A stretch of DNA of 45,509 nt from a virus. Taxonomy: Duplodnaviria > Caudoviricetes. The stretch covers positions 1 to 45,509 of IMG/VR virus record IMGVR_UViG_3300025725_000001. One strand, given 5' to 3'. Positions within the stretch are counted from its first letter, which is position 1. Each line of letters begins with the position of its first letter. Below are positions 33,359-45,182 of the stretch, in pieces. A program made the translations under genes and the position numbers. A model generated the notes under the pieces. It was not told the DNA's origin. It saw nothing but the letters and a program-made list of their open reading frames with translations, and ran no database searches.

Positions 33359-34917
33359 CGACCGTCACGACGTTCTCGTACACGGGCGCGGTCCAGGACT
33401 ACACCGTGCCGGCGGGCATCTACTCCATCCAGATCGAGTGGTGGGGCGCCCATGGCGGCACCGTTGCCAGCGATGGTGGCAACGGCGGTTACACCAAAGG
33501 TCTGTTCAACACCACACCAGGGACCGTCCTGCACAACTACGTCGGCGGCGCCAATGGGTGGAATGGCGGCGGCGACGGCGGGACCGGCGCCATTAACGGA
33601 GGCGGCGCGTCTGACACGCGCGTGGGTGGCACGACGCTGGCCAAACGCATTGGTGTCGCTGGCGGCGGCGGCGGGTGGGGCACCGGGTGGTACGAGGGCG
33701 GCTACGGCGGCGGCTGGCACGGCCAGACTGGCAGCGGCGGCGGCGGGACGGGAGGAACCCAGACCACTGGCTACGCCCCTGGCGGCGGCGGCTCTGGCGG
33801 AGGCGGCGGTGGCGGCGGCGGCGGCGGGTGGTGGGGCGGCGGCGGCGGCGGGGTCGGCGGCTTGTGGTACGGCGCCAGCGGCGGCGGCGGGTCAGGCAAC
33901 ACTGGCACCCTGACCTCGGCATCGATGCTCAACGGTGTCCGCACGGGTGACGGCCAGATTGTCATCACGTCCTTCCACCAGCCCAACTTGGCTCCCACAC
34001 TGCTCGGTCCACCCAACAGCGGCTACGCGATCGCGTCTGTCGTCAACGCTTTCACGTGGGCGTTCAACGGCGACACCCAGACCAGCGCTGACTTCCGCTG
34101 GAAACCATCCGGGGGCAGTTGGACAACAGTCACGGGCGTTGCGACCACAGTGAAGTCGCACAACGTTGCGGGCGGCACGTTCACGGCTGGCCAGGTCATC
34201 GAGTGGCAGGTACTCACCTACGACTCTCTGAGTCTGGCGAGTCCCTGGTCGGCATCCAGCTTCGTCACCATCATCACGGCGTTGCCCGCGCCGACGATCA
34301 CGATCCCGGCATCCGGGGCGATGGTCTACACGACACCTGCCGACGTCGAGTGGACGCTACCGACTGGGTACAGCAGCGATGCCTACCGGGTGCAACGTTG
34401 CGACTCCGCAGCAGGCACCGGCGTCGTGTACTACGACAGCGGTGTCGTGACCGTGACCGAGCTGGCCGCGAGCGTCCCGATCGATGTGATAGCCGGTCGC
34501 ACCGACTACCTGAGGGTCGCCTACCGCTATTACGGGCACTGGAGCCCGTTCGGCACCAGCAGTTTCCTCGATGAGTTCGGTCCACCGCACACCCCCGTGG
34601 TGGTCTGTGTCGCGGACTCGGCAACAGCATCAGTTGCTGTGACGATCACCAACGCGCCAGGATCGAGCGGCTACGCGGACACTGTGGCGGTCAGCCTGTA
34701 CCGCACCGGTATTGACGGCGTGTCGATTCCGATTGCCACCATGCTGGCGCCGAACACGGTCTTTGTCGACGACCTGCCTGGCGCCGGACTCATCGAGTAC
34801 GAGGCTGTCGCCTGGGCAGCAAGCGGCGCGTCCGCCTCTAGCTCCGTCACGCCCACTGGTCCCGGAGGATCACCCGGAACCGGCGTGTACTCAGACATTT
34901 ACTCAGACACCTACTGA
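33355..34917 (+). CDS. Glycine-rich-domain minor tail protein with Ig/Fn3-like C-terminal domains
   Basis: FSYTGAVQDYTVP...GA-GG...GGGASD-R...VAGGGGG...GGGGS...GDG-I-I; long (GGC)n tracts. Confidence 0.8.
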   Translation: MTTVTTFSYTGAVQDYTVPAGIYSIQIEWWGAHGGTVASDGGNGGYTKGLFNTTPGTVLHNYVGGANGWNGGGDGGTGAINGGGASDTRVGGTTLAKRIGVAGGGGGWGTGWYEGGYGGGWHGQTGSGGGGTGGTQTTGYAPGGGGSGGGGGGGGGGGWWGGGGGGVGGLWYGASGGGGSGNTGTLTSASMLNGVRTGDGQIVITSFHQPNLAPTLLGPPNSGYAIASVVNAFTWAFNGDTQTSADFRWKPSGGSWTTVTGVATTVKSHNVAGGTFTAGQVIEWQVLTYDSLSLASPWSASSFVTIITALPAPTITIPASGAMVYTTPADVEWTLPTGYSSDAYRVQRCDSAAGTGVVYYDSGVVTVTELAASVPIDVIAGRTDYLRVAYRYYGHWSPFGTSSFLDEFGPPHTPVVVCVADSATASVAVTITNAPGSSGYADTVAVSLYRTGIDGVSIPIATMLAPNTVFVDDLPGAGLIEYEAVAWAASGASASSSVTPTGPGGSPGTGVYSDIYSDTY

Positions 34918-34934
34918 CGGGAAGAGGCGCGACG

Positions 34935-36512
34935 ATGAGCGGTGGACTAACGGGGGCGCATGTCGCCGGGGAAACTGGTGAGGTCGGCGACGAGAACCTT
35001 CGGGACACTGCCATCAACGACTCGCTGCGAAGGTCACTGAACCTCTCCGACCTCACCAACTCGGCCACCGCACGAGCGAGCCTTGCGCTGGGCAATGCGG
35101 CGACCAAGAACGTCGGAACCACGGCGGGCACCGTTGCCGCGGGCGATGACTCGCGGCTTACTGGTGGAGGCGGGGGCGCGGTCTCCTCTGTCGCAGGCCG
35201 TACCGGGGCCGTAGTTCTGTCCAACACCGACGTCTCTGGGTTAGGAACCGCTGCCACCAAGGCCGTCGGCACCACGGCGGGCACCGTTGCAGCGGGTAAT
35301 GACTCACGGTTCGGCAGTGGTGGCAGCAGCAGCACTGTATTTAACGTCCAGGATTATGGGGCAGTAGGTGACGGTGGGACCAGCGACTCCACTGGAATCC
35401 AAGCGGCTATCGCTGCCCTCCAGGGGGCATCCGTTACTGCTGGGGTCACAGGTGGACGGTTGTATTTTCCGCCCGGCGAATACCTCATCAACGCCACCCT
35501 CAACCTTCACCGATTTGCGGGTGAACTGATCGGCTGCGGGGTGAGCAACCCGCCAAACTACTCGGCAAGCCCCGGCCAAGGCACAGTCCTACGCTGGACC
35601 GGCTCTGCCGGGTCACCGATGTTTCATTTGCAGGACTATGAAATGGTCACATTTGATGGTCTTCGGCTGGAGGGCAAGGATTCGGCCATCCCTTCCTACC
35701 TCATCGATTCGTATGAGGGTGCGTCGGATGGAGCGGGCACAGGTGCTCAACTTCGGGTCCACCGGTGTGCGCTGGGCACATGGCCATGGTCCTCAATCGG
35801 GACGAATGTGGGCAAGGCTGCCGTCGCGATCGGGTTCACTGGCACAAACGGGAACAACGACCAGTTCCACATCAGCGACACCCTGATCCTAGGCTGCCCG
35901 ATTGGCATCGACCTACCCAACGCTCAATCAATCTGGGGCGACATCACCGACGTTGTATTCGGGTCCTGCACCACTGCGGGGATCTACACCAACGCAGGGT
36001 TCGAAGCCCACAACCTCCAGTTCGATGACTGCGCCGTCGACATCAAAACCTACGGTGCTTATGGCACGCCGCGGATCAATGTGCATGGCTGGTACTCAGA
36101 AAGGGCGCTGCGCATCTTCGACGCCACCACCTCCCTCGCTGAGCTCAACGTGTTCGGTGGTCACTGGACCCTCGGTGGTGGTGGCGCGATGACCGGCAAC
36201 ATCTTCCTGAATCACACGGCCCTGACAGGTGGCGCCCAGGTCAACTTGAACGGTGTTTGCATCGTTAATCAACTAGGTTCGTGGCCCGACATTTCGGTAA
36301 CTGGCGCGGGCGGCGGAATCACGGGTTTGTTTCGGATGGTCGGCTGTGTCCATGACGGGATGGCAGTCGGTGACCTGCTCCTGACGAACGCCAGCGGTAA
36401 CACCAACGGCGTGAACGTCGTCATCGATGACGCGCAACTGCAGACCCGCCAATTCCTTGGGTCTGGTGTCGCCCTGAATGGCGGCCTTGTGACGAGCCAC
36501 CTACCCACATAG
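34935..36512 (+). CDS. Tail spike with pectate-lyase-like beta-helix (putative depolymerase)
   Basis: LG-AATK-VGTTAGTVAAG-DSR x2; FNVQDYGAVGDG--D---IQAAI...LYFPPGEYLI. Confidence 0.85.
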   Translation: MSGGLTGAHVAGETGEVGDENLRDTAINDSLRRSLNLSDLTNSATARASLALGNAATKNVGTTAGTVAAGDDSRLTGGGGGAVSSVAGRTGAVVLSNTDVSGLGTAATKAVGTTAGTVAAGNDSRFGSGGSSSTVFNVQDYGAVGDGGTSDSTGIQAAIAALQGASVTAGVTGGRLYFPPGEYLINATLNLHRFAGELIGCGVSNPPNYSASPGQGTVLRWTGSAGSPMFHLQDYEMVTFDGLRLEGKDSAIPSYLIDSYEGASDGAGTGAQLRVHRCALGTWPWSSIGTNVGKAAVAIGFTGTNGNNDQFHISDTLILGCPIGIDLPNAQSIWGDITDVVFGSCTTAGIYTNAGFEAHNLQFDDCAVDIKTYGAYGTPRINVHGWYSERALRIFDATTSLAELNVFGGHWTLGGGGAMTGNIFLNHTALTGGAQVNLNGVCIVNQLGSWPDISVTGAGGGITGLFRMVGCVHDGMAVGDLLLTNASGNTNGVNVVIDDAQLQTRQFLGSGVALNGGLVTSHLPT

Positions 36513-36549
36513 ATGCCCGGTTAACCACCAACCCAATTGAGGGGATGAC

Positions 36550-36897
36550 ATGCCAGCAGAGACCGCCCAGCAAGCATTCATTCGTGGCTACGAGTCGGGT
36601 CGAGTCAATACGAGGCTCGACGGGCACGACGCTCAGCTCAAGGAGATGACCAACACCCTCACCAAGGTGGTCGACATCGAGGCGCAGCTGACGCTGACGG
36701 TGGCCTCGCTTGGGAAGGATGCCCTGGCCCGGGACGACAAGGCAGTCGCCTTGGCCCTCGCTCTCAAGGAGGCAGTCGAGGAACGCCGGAACAAAGAAAC
36801 CGAACGGTGGACGCCGAAATCACAACTGATCGCCGTCGGCGTTTTCCTTGTTGCCGTCATCGGCGTCTGGATTCAGTGGAAGATCGCGAACGCCTGA
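36550..36897 (+). CDS. Coiled-coil protein with C-terminal TM helix (lysis-cassette membrane protein)
   Basis: RLDGHD...coiled coil; LIAVGVFLVAVIGVWI. Confidence 0.7.
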   Translation: MPAETAQQAFIRGYESGRVNTRLDGHDAQLKEMTNTLTKVVDIEAQLTLTVASLGKDALARDDKAVALALALKEAVEERRNKETERWTPKSQLIAVGVFLVAVIGVWIQWKIANA

Positions 36898-36919
36898 TGA
36901 AACAACAGGAGGACTTGCC

Positions 36920-37633
36920 ATGACCATCATCGACGGAGTGCCGTTCCTGGCCTCGCCCAACCACACGGCGGGCCGTCAGGGCAGCGCCATTACCGACATC
37001 GTCATCCACTGGATGGACGGCACGCTGGCGAACACCGATCAGGAGTTCCTCAACGGCGGCCGTAAGGTGTCGGCTCACTACGGCATCGAGAACGGCGTGA
37101 TCCACCAGTACGTCGCGCTCGCGGATACCGCATGGCACGCTGGCGACTGGGCAGAGAACTGCCGCAGCATCGGCATCGAGCACAGCGCAGCCCCGGGCCG
37201 CGACGCTACGCCGGCCACCATCGCCACGAGCGTCGCCGTCATCGTTGCGCTCGCCCGGAAGTACGGCATCGACCCCTCACACATCTACCCGCATAACAAG
37301 TTCTTCGGCACGCAGTGCCCCGGCACGCTGCCCCTTGCCGCAATGGTCGCGCAGGTTCGGGCGCAGCTCGGGAAGCCGGTGCCGCCCAGCCCGACACCGC
37401 CCGCACCTTCCGGCAAGCCCGCCTACCCCGGCTACCCCACGTCGCTCAGTTCCTACGGCGACTACGTGACCCGGATGATCCAGACCCGGCTCAAGGCGCT
37501 GAACTACCCGGTCGTTGTCGATGGCGTTTTTGGTAACGACACCGCCAAATGGACGGGCTTGTTTCAGAGTCGCCACGCCTGCGCCGCTGATGGCGTCGTT
37601 GGCCCTGCCACATGGGCCGCACTGTTCGCCTGA
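36920..37633 (+). CDS. Endolysin: N-acetylmuramoyl-L-alanine amidase plus peptidoglycan-binding domain
   Basis: IVIHW...SAHY...QYV---DTAWHAG...N--SIGIE...H...T-CPG; DGVFG--T...FQ...DGVVGPATW-AL. Confidence 0.93.
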   Translation: MTIIDGVPFLASPNHTAGRQGSAITDIVIHWMDGTLANTDQEFLNGGRKVSAHYGIENGVIHQYVALADTAWHAGDWAENCRSIGIEHSAAPGRDATPATIATSVAVIVALARKYGIDPSHIYPHNKFFGTQCPGTLPLAAMVAQVRAQLGKPVPPSPTPPAPSGKPAYPGYPTSLSSYGDYVTRMIQTRLKALNYPVVVDGVFGNDTAKWTGLFQSRHACAADGVVGPATWAALFA

Positions 37634-37659
37634 CACCAACCCCAAGCAAGGAGAACACC

Positions 37660-37872
37660 ATGTCCAAGATCAACGTGTACGCCAAGGCCATCATCGCGGG
37701 CATCGTCGCGGGGCTCGGCAGCCTGCAGGTCGCCAACGCTGACGGCAAGATCACCGCCGCTGAGTGGATCCAGATCGCGTCCGTCGTTGTCGCGGCGCTC
37801 GGGTTTACCTGGGCCGTGCCCAACAGCGTCGCACCCGCCGCCACGCCTCCCGTACCACCCGTCGCCGGCTAG
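37660..37872 (+). CDS. Holin
   Basis: YAKAIIAGIVAGLGSL...DG-IT--EW-----VVVAALG-TWAVPN; two TM helices; follows endolysin. Confidence 0.85.
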   Translation: MSKINVYAKAIIAGIVAGLGSLQVANADGKITAAEWIQIASVVVAALGFTWAVPNSVAPAATPPVPPVAG

Positions 37873-37880
37873 TCCGTGCC

Positions 37881-38093
37881 ATGCCTGGGGACGCACGACC
37901 CCGCTTCAGGATCCACCTCAACGACTCGCTACGACCGAGCCCGGACCAGCAGCTAACCCTGGAGTTCGCCTTCGTCTCCTGGCACGACAGCTGCAAGGAC
38001 TTGTACAGCATCAACCGCTGCTGCCGCCGCGCCAAAGGTCACCCCGGCGAGCACGGCAGCGGCTTCGGTGCCAACCGGCTCAGGTGGCCGTGA
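37881..38093 (+). CDS. Hypothetical protein
   Basis: C...CCR--GHPGEH; TGATG coupled. Confidence 0.5.
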   Translation: MPGDARPRFRIHLNDSLRPSPDQQLTLEFAFVSWHDSCKDLYSINRCCRRAKGHPGEHGSGFGANRLRWP

Positions 38094-38185
38094 TGAATGA
38101 CCCAATCGTCCGCCGCTCCCTGCTCGTGCTCGCCCTCGGGATCGCCCTGATCCTGCTGTCCATCGCCCTCGCACCACCCGTCTAA
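38093..38185 (+). CDS. 30-aa single-TM peptide
   Basis: MNDPIVRRSLLVLALGIALILLSIALAPPV. Confidence 0.5.
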   Translation: MNDPIVRRSLLVLALGIALILLSIALAPPV

Positions 38186-38194
38186 GGAGAACCC

Positions 38195-38344
38195 ATGCCT
38201 GCCCAGCTGTATGAGGTGCGGATCACCGCATCCGGGACCGTCCGTGACGCTGACGGCAACGTCATCAGCGAGCAGCCCATCGAAGCCATCACCGTCCTCA
38301 CCGAGGACGAAGTTCATGCACTCACCCAAGGAGAAAAGTCATGA
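38195..38344 (+). CDS. 49-aa protein (MPAQLYEVRITASGTVRDADGN...)
   Basis: AAGGAG RBS, ATGA-coupled to 38341; not in ORF track. Confidence 0.7.
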   Translation: MPAQLYEVRITASGTVRDADGNVISEQPIEAITVLTEDEVHALTQGEKS

Positions 38345-38715
38345 CCGTTGGACTAGCAGCAGCAGCCGTCAATGGCTGGTTGGATGGAACGTTCGCAACC
38401 GCAACGCAGTACGTCAAACTGCACACCGCCGACCCGGGCTCGGCAGGCGCGACCGCTGCCGCTGTCGGCTCGACTGTCCGCGTGAACGCCACGATGGGCG
38501 CTGCTGCGGCAGGGGCCAAGGCGATGACGTCGATGGGCAGCACCTGGACCAACGGCGGCACGTCCGAGACCCTCTCGCACCTGTCCCTGTGGACCGCTTC
38601 GACGGCGGGCACCTTCAACGGCTCCGCAGCGCTGACCTCTCCGCAGGCGTGGGTGTCGACGAACACATTCACCTTGTCCTCGCTGAGCATCGCAATCACC
38701 CCGATCGCTGCGTAA
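38341..38715 (+). CDS. Small beta-rich virion fibre/structural protein
   Basis: YVKLHTADPG...HLSLW-A-TAG-F...FTL--L-I pattern seen in phage fibre modules. Confidence 0.7.
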   Translation: MTVGLAAAAVNGWLDGTFATATQYVKLHTADPGSAGATAAAVGSTVRVNATMGAAAAGAKAMTSMGSTWTNGGTSETLSHLSLWTASTAGTFNGSAALTSPQAWVSTNTFTLSSLSIAITPIAA

Positions 38716-38760
38716 GCCGTTGGTGAAGGGCGCCGAACCGTCTAGTGATCGGGGGATGAC

Positions 38761-41058
38761 GTGAGTACGACCTCTGCTCTGTGGGCGTCAGGCACCCCGG
38801 CCACCAGCGGCACGACCTGGGCCAACCCGACGTACGCGACGGCGGCGAACAATGCCGCCTTCGCTACCTACACCACGAGCACCAGCGCCGCAGTCGGCTA
38901 CATCGGCTGCTCCGGCTACGGGGCGCAGGTTGCTGTCGGGTCGGCGCCGGCGTCGGTGGACTCGGTAGCGGTTACGGTCTACGGCTACATCAACAACGCG
39001 ACCCGCTGGACGAGCATGACCGTAGGTCTGTTCGACGGGGCCACGCAGGTCGGCTCAAGCCAGACCATGACCCTGACCACGACCTCGACCAACTCTCAGG
39101 CGTTCACGTTCACGGGCGTCACGTGGGCGAACCTCGCCAACCTCACGATCCGGGTCACGGGCACACATTCCGGCACGTCGTCGGGCATCATGTCCGTGGA
39201 CGCGGTGAAGTGCGTGGTCGCCTACACCCCTCAACCCAGCGGTGCCGCCGCCCTGGCCGCGACAGTGGCGATCACCGCCTCCGGTGTCACCAACGTGCTC
39301 ACCAACGGGTGTCCTAACCCGAAATTGGATGTGGACGCGACCGGATGGAGCGGTGGCACGCGGGTTGCCCAGGGTGCAGGGTGGGCCTTCCAGGTGGACC
39401 TGTCTGCCGCCTATCTTTATTCCCCGATCGCTTCAAGCACTGTGGGGCAGTGCTACTCAGCGTCGATCGTCGTGTCTGGACCGGCTGGGCGGACCGTGGA
39501 AGTTATTGTTCAAGGCACCGGGCCGTTCACGGATTATAACGTTTACACCCTGACCGGCACCCCACAGACCATCACCGCGACGAGTACGGACCCCGGCCCT
39601 GCGACTAGCCCACGCATAGTGGTGATCGCCACCGCTACTGGTGGCGCGTGGACTACCGGGCAAATGCTGACCGCCACAGACGCACTGCTCGAACAGGTCA
39701 GTGGGGTAGGGGTCGATGCAGGTCCCTACTTCGATGGCGACACCACCACCACCTCCACAGATGTCTACGCATGGACTGGCACGGCTGGCGCGTCCACCTC
39801 CACCGACACCTACACGGCATCTAGTGGCCCCGCTGGTGATGCTTCCCTGACCTCGACCGTCGCCACGACGACCGCTGGCGTTGTCGGGAAACTGACCGGC
39901 GCGGCATTGGCCGCAACGGTGGCGATCGTTACCGCTGGTGTCGTCGGGCTCGGCACAGGCGCGAGCATCCCGGCAACAGCCACGATCACGGCAGCAGGGA
40001 CCGTTGCCGGCGCAGGCGTCAGCTCGGGTGCAACGATCCCCTCCACGGTTGCCGTCACCGCAGCGGGCGTGGCGGGAACCTTGACCGGGTCAGCCCTGGC
40101 CAGTACCGCAGCGACCACGGCTGCTGGCACGGTCGGGCGCTCCACTGGCTCCACGCTCATCGGCACTGCCACCATCAACGCATCCGGTTCAACGGGCCTT
40201 GGCACAGGTTCAACCCTGCCCGTCACCGCAAGCATCACAGCGGCAGGTGTCACTGGGGTCAGCACAGGTGCGTCCCTGGCTGGCACGGCCACCGCCACCG
40301 CGACAGGTGCCACTGGACGCAACACTGGGGCCAGCGCACCGGCTACGGTCACCATCACGACTGCTGGCACGACAGGCACCACCACCAGCGTCAGCATCCC
40401 GGTCACCGTCACGATCGTGGCAGCGGGCACCGTCTCGGGTGCTGCATCCAGTTCCGGCGCGAGCATCCCTGCCACCGCGACCACGACAGCCGCCGGCATC
40501 GTCGGCGTATCAAGTGGCTCAACCTTGCCCGCCACTGTCGGCATCGTCTCATCCGGCGTCGTCGGACGTTCGACCGGCGCCACAGTGCCAGCCGTAGCCA
40601 CGATCACCGCCGCAGGGACAGTCACCTCGGGCATCAGTTCGGGTGCGAGTATCCCCCTGGTGGCCACCACTACCGCGGCGGGTGTCGTCGGCAGATCCAC
40701 TGACGCGACCCTCGCCGCCACTGTCGGAGTCATCTCCGCTGGCACGATCGGGCAGTCCACCGGGGCCAGCGCGCCAACCACCGCCACCGTCACAGCCGCG
40801 GGCACGGCCGGGGTCGCAACAGGCACAAGCCTGCCGGTCATGGTGGCCACCACGGCAGACGGCGCTGTCGGCCAGTCCACTGGGGCGTCCCTCGCCTCGA
40901 CGGCTACGGTCACGGCGACCGGGACCGTGGCCAGCGGCGCCCCATGGGTCGACATCACCGTCACCGGCCACCTCGACCCCCGCCGCTGGGCCGCCACCCT
41001 GCCCGACCGCGCCAAGACAGGCACGCTCGCACCACGACGATGGGAAGGCACGCTATGA
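38761..41058 (+). CDS. Large Thr/Ala/Gly-rich fibre protein: two beta-sandwich (CBM-like) domains plus 18 x ~20-aa repeats
   Basis: [13 protein letters not shown]...YFDG...WTGT domain; repeats GAS(I/L)PAT(A/V)T(I/V)TAAG(T/V)VG-ST from ~39835 to ~40938. Confidence 0.8.
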   Translation: MSTTSALWASGTPATSGTTWANPTYATAANNAAFATYTTSTSAAVGYIGCSGYGAQVAVGSAPASVDSVAVTVYGYINNATRWTSMTVGLFDGATQVGSSQTMTLTTTSTNSQAFTFTGVTWANLANLTIRVTGTHSGTSSGIMSVDAVKCVVAYTPQPSGAAALAATVAITASGVTNVLTNGCPNPKLDVDATGWSGGTRVAQGAGWAFQVDLSAAYLYSPIASSTVGQCYSASIVVSGPAGRTVEVIVQGTGPFTDYNVYTLTGTPQTITATSTDPGPATSPRIVVIATATGGAWTTGQMLTATDALLEQVSGVGVDAGPYFDGDTTTTSTDVYAWTGTAGASTSTDTYTASSGPAGDASLTSTVATTTAGVVGKLTGAALAATVAIVTAGVVGLGTGASIPATATITAAGTVAGAGVSSGATIPSTVAVTAAGVAGTLTGSALASTAATTAAGTVGRSTGSTLIGTATINASGSTGLGTGSTLPVTASITAAGVTGVSTGASLAGTATATATGATGRNTGASAPATVTITTAGTTGTTTSVSIPVTVTIVAAGTVSGAASSSGASIPATATTTAAGIVGVSSGSTLPATVGIVSSGVVGRSTGATVPAVATITAAGTVTSGISSGASIPLVATTTAAGVVGRSTDATLAATVGVISAGTIGQSTGASAPTTATVTAAGTAGVATGTSLPVMVATTADGAVGQSTGASLASTATVTATGTVASGAPWVDITVTGHLDPRRWAATLPDRAKTGTLAPRRWEGTL

Positions 41059-41318
41059 GCACCGACTATCCACGCGAGTCTGTCGAGTTCCAACCCGTGA
41101 CTGTCACCGTCGACGGCACGCCCGTCACCACTGGCGTGCAGTTCTGCATCACGGCCCACGGCGGCCGACCAGTGACATGGGTGGCGCCGACCACCCTCGA
41201 CGGGAAGATCGGCGTCATGGTCACCGGCCTCACCCCTGGCCTCTACGACATCTGGGCGCAGATCACGTCAAGCCCCGAGATCCCAGTCATCGACTGCGGC
41301 ATCATCTCCATCACCTGA
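41055..41318 (+). CDS. Small Ig-like adaptor protein
   Basis: RESVEF...V-F...W...L-PG-Y-IW--IT-SPE-PV---G-I-I; ATGA-coupled. Confidence 0.7.
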   Translation: MSTDYPRESVEFQPVTVTVDGTPVTTGVQFCITAHGGRPVTWVAPTTLDGKIGVMVTGLTPGLYDIWAQITSSPEIPVIDCGIISIT

Positions 41319-41329
41319 GAGGCACAATC

Positions 41330-43132
<1,803 letters not shown>

Positions 43133-43188
43133 CCCCCGCCCATAAGACCCCGGTTATGCCTGCCCCGATCCCCGACCCAAGGAGGCTC

Positions 43189-43452
43189 ATGTTCCACCAC
43201 CACCACGACTCCTGCCCCGATTGCCAGGACATGCCCGCCTGGGCACGTCATCTCATCACCAGATTGGAAGAAATCATGTCTGCAGACCAGGATCACCTCA
43301 ACGCCGTCACCACTCGCCTGGAGGCAGCCCTGACCGCCTTCAGCGTCGCGATCGTCCCGCCGACGCCGATCGACTTCGGCGCGCTCGACAATGTCGTGTT
43401 GAATGCTGAGGCTGCCGTCGCAGCGCTGCCCGTGGTGCCGCCCGTCGCCTGA
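43189..43452 (+). CDS. Hypothetical protein (MFHHHHDSCPDC...)
   Basis: AAGGAGG RBS; PAWA--LI-RLE-IMS pattern. Confidence 0.7.
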   Translation: MFHHHHDSCPDCQDMPAWARHLITRLEEIMSADQDHLNAVTTRLEAALTAFSVAIVPPTPIDFGALDNVVLNAEAAVAALPVVPPVA

Positions 43453-43469
43453 CCTGACCCCGCACGACA

Positions 43470-43506
43470 GAAGCCCCCTCGGTCCTCACGGATCGGGGGG
43501 GCTTTC
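43470..43506. terminator. Bidirectional intrinsic terminator between the late operon and int
   Basis: GAAGCCCCCTCGGTCC-TCAC-GGATCGGGGGGGCTTTC; the int stop codon lies in the loop. Confidence 0.8.
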
Positions 43507-44613
43507 CTGCGTATGCGCTTCGAGCGCGACCATGGCGGCCTTCATCGTCGCCGCGTCGGTGCGCATGTAGGACTCCTCCGTCACGGTCACCTGGGCGTGC
43601 CCGAGGATGTCGCGGATCACCGTCGTCGCCACCCCCGCGTCACGCAGCAGGGTACCCGTCGTCGTCCTACCCGCCGCGAGCTCAGGCATCGCACCGAGCG
43701 GCATCCTCGGGTCGCACACTCCTGCCCGGACCAGGAGATCCTTCCACGCCTGCCAGTCCTGGCGCGGGTCCTTGGCGATCCCGTAGAACACGAACGGCCC
43801 GCGGTGCTCGGTCTGCTCCAGCGCGTACCTCATCGGCCCCAACATGGGGATGGTCCTGATGGAGCGCTTACTCTTGGGCGGACCGAGCACCAACCCCTTG
43901 CCGGTGATGCGCAGCAATTCGGGCTCGACGTGGATCGTCCCGGCGTCCATGTCTACGTCATCCCAGTGCAGCCCGAGGCATTCCCCCTGGCGCATCCCTA
44001 GCAGCAGCGCAGCAACCCAACGCGCAGCCAGCGGGTCACCGTCCAGTGACGCCAACACCTTACGGGCCTGATCGAGCGTGAGCGGCCTCCGGTGGTTGAC
44101 GCCCACGGGTGGCGGGTCGACGTTCGCGGCCGGGTTGCGGCTGATCCGCCCTTCACGCATGGCGACGACGAGCGCGCGCCTCAGGATGGCGTGAGCCTGC
44201 CGGCGCGTGGCGTCTGACTTCCCTGCGTCTTTCATGGCCCGGTACATCGCGCGAACGTGGTCCTCGCTGAGCCTGTCGAGGCGGTATTGGCCGAGGTGGG
44301 GGATCAGCCACACGTTGAGGTAGCCGCGGTATCCCTGGATGGTGCGCGGCCGGTTCCTCTCGACCGCGATGGTGTCGAGCCAGTGGTTCAGCCATGCCTC
44401 GACGGTGGACGACGACGTGACGCCGCCCGACTTTTCGAGGTCGCGCTTCAGCTTGACGAACTTCGCAGACGCGGCCTTGCGCGTCTTGGCGGACACGGAC
44501 TTGCGGACCCGCTTGCCGCCTGCCCATCCGAGGTCGACGGTGCCGACCCAGAGGCCGTCACTCTTGCGCTGGGAGAAACTGCCCTCGCCCCGGACTCGGC
44601 GGACAGATGTCAT
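43486..44613 (-). CDS. int: Tyrosine integrase
   Basis: RR-RGEGS--QR-DG-W arm-binding N-terminus; GMRQGE-LGL-W-D; PKS; LGH...T---Y; ATG 44613 coupled to the upstream gene. Confidence 0.93.
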   Translation of the reverse strand: MTSVRRVRGEGSFSQRKSDGLWVGTVDLGWAGGKRVRKSVSAKTRKAASAKFVKLKRDLEKSGGVTSSSTVEAWLNHWLDTIAVERNRPRTIQGYRGYLNVWLIPHLGQYRLDRLSEDHVRAMYRAMKDAGKSDATRRQAHAILRRALVVAMREGRISRNPAANVDPPPVGVNHRRPLTLDQARKVLASLDGDPLAARWVAALLLGMRQGECLGLHWDDVDMDAGTIHVEPELLRITGKGLVLGPPKSKRSIRTIPMLGPMRYALEQTEHRGPFVFYGIAKDPRQDWQAWKDLLVRAGVCDPRMPLGAMPELAAGRTTTGTLLRDAGVATTVIRDILGHAQVTVTEESYMRTDAATMKAAMVALEAHTQESPPDP

Positions 44614-44990
44614 GGCTTCCACTCGGGCTGGTAGTCGGTGCTGTCGATGTAGGGCAGCGCGAGGGCGCGCAGCGTCGGGCATGGCAGTTCTCGCAGATCA
44701 TGCCCACAGAAGTCCGGGTGTTGTCCAGGTTCAGCGCTGTGCAACGCCACGATCTGCCGCTTCGCCTCGCACTCGGCCAGGACGCGGGCGGGGTCCCATT
44801 GGGCGATGTGCTCAGCAGGGACTCTGGGCACCATCGCCACCCGCCACTCTTGGCCGGTTACGTCCGTCTGAACGACCCAAGGATCACCGTTACCGTCCTC
44901 GACCACAGACCATGAGTCGTGGTCGTAGGCGGCCCGCGCCAGTGCCTCATCCTCAGCGATGCGTGCCAGCAGGAACTCAGTCAGCGTCAT
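44610..44990 (-). CDS. DUF6221-like protein
   Basis: L-EFLLARIAEDE--A...HIA-WDPARVLAECEAKR-I...TLRALALPY---DY--EW-P. Confidence 0.85.
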   Translation of the reverse strand: MTLTEFLLARIAEDEALARAAYDHDSWSVVEDGNGDPWVVQTDVTGQEWRVAMVPRVPAEHIAQWDPARVLAECEAKRQIVALHSAEPGQHPDFCGHDLRELPCPTLRALALPYIDSTDYQPEWKP

Positions 44991-44993
44991 GGT

Positions 44994-45182
44994 TCACTCC
45001 TCGTCATCGGGGTGCTTGTGGGATGCACAGACTTCCAGGGTTGCTCCGCACTGGTCTTTGATGATCGTGTGTGTTGACGCAAAGGAGCCAAGAACCCTGC
45101 CGCAACCGGGGCAGTGAAGCGGGCCCCCGCCGTCATATTCAATGTAGAAGTTTTGACCGCCTTCAGCGTCGCGATCGCTCAC
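44994..45182 (-). CDS. Small Zn-ribbon protein
   Basis: CPGC...H...C; GTGA-coupled to the upstream ORF. Confidence 0.6.
   Translation of the reverse strand: MSDRDAEGGQNFYIEYDGGGPLHCPGCGRVLGSFASTHTIIKDQCGATLEVCASHKHPDDEE

Noticed and set aside
39810-41159. Long antisense ORFs (449 aa here; also 5366-6241, 21109-22191, 25545-26567)
   Set aside because: Shadows of GC-rich or repetitive sense genes, with no independent motifs
40643-41329. N-terminal 229 aa of the 829-aa ORF (likewise extensions at 2040, 12181, 33193)
   Set aside because: They overlap well-supported genes in other frames; RBS and coupling support starts at 41330, 2376, 12331 and 33355
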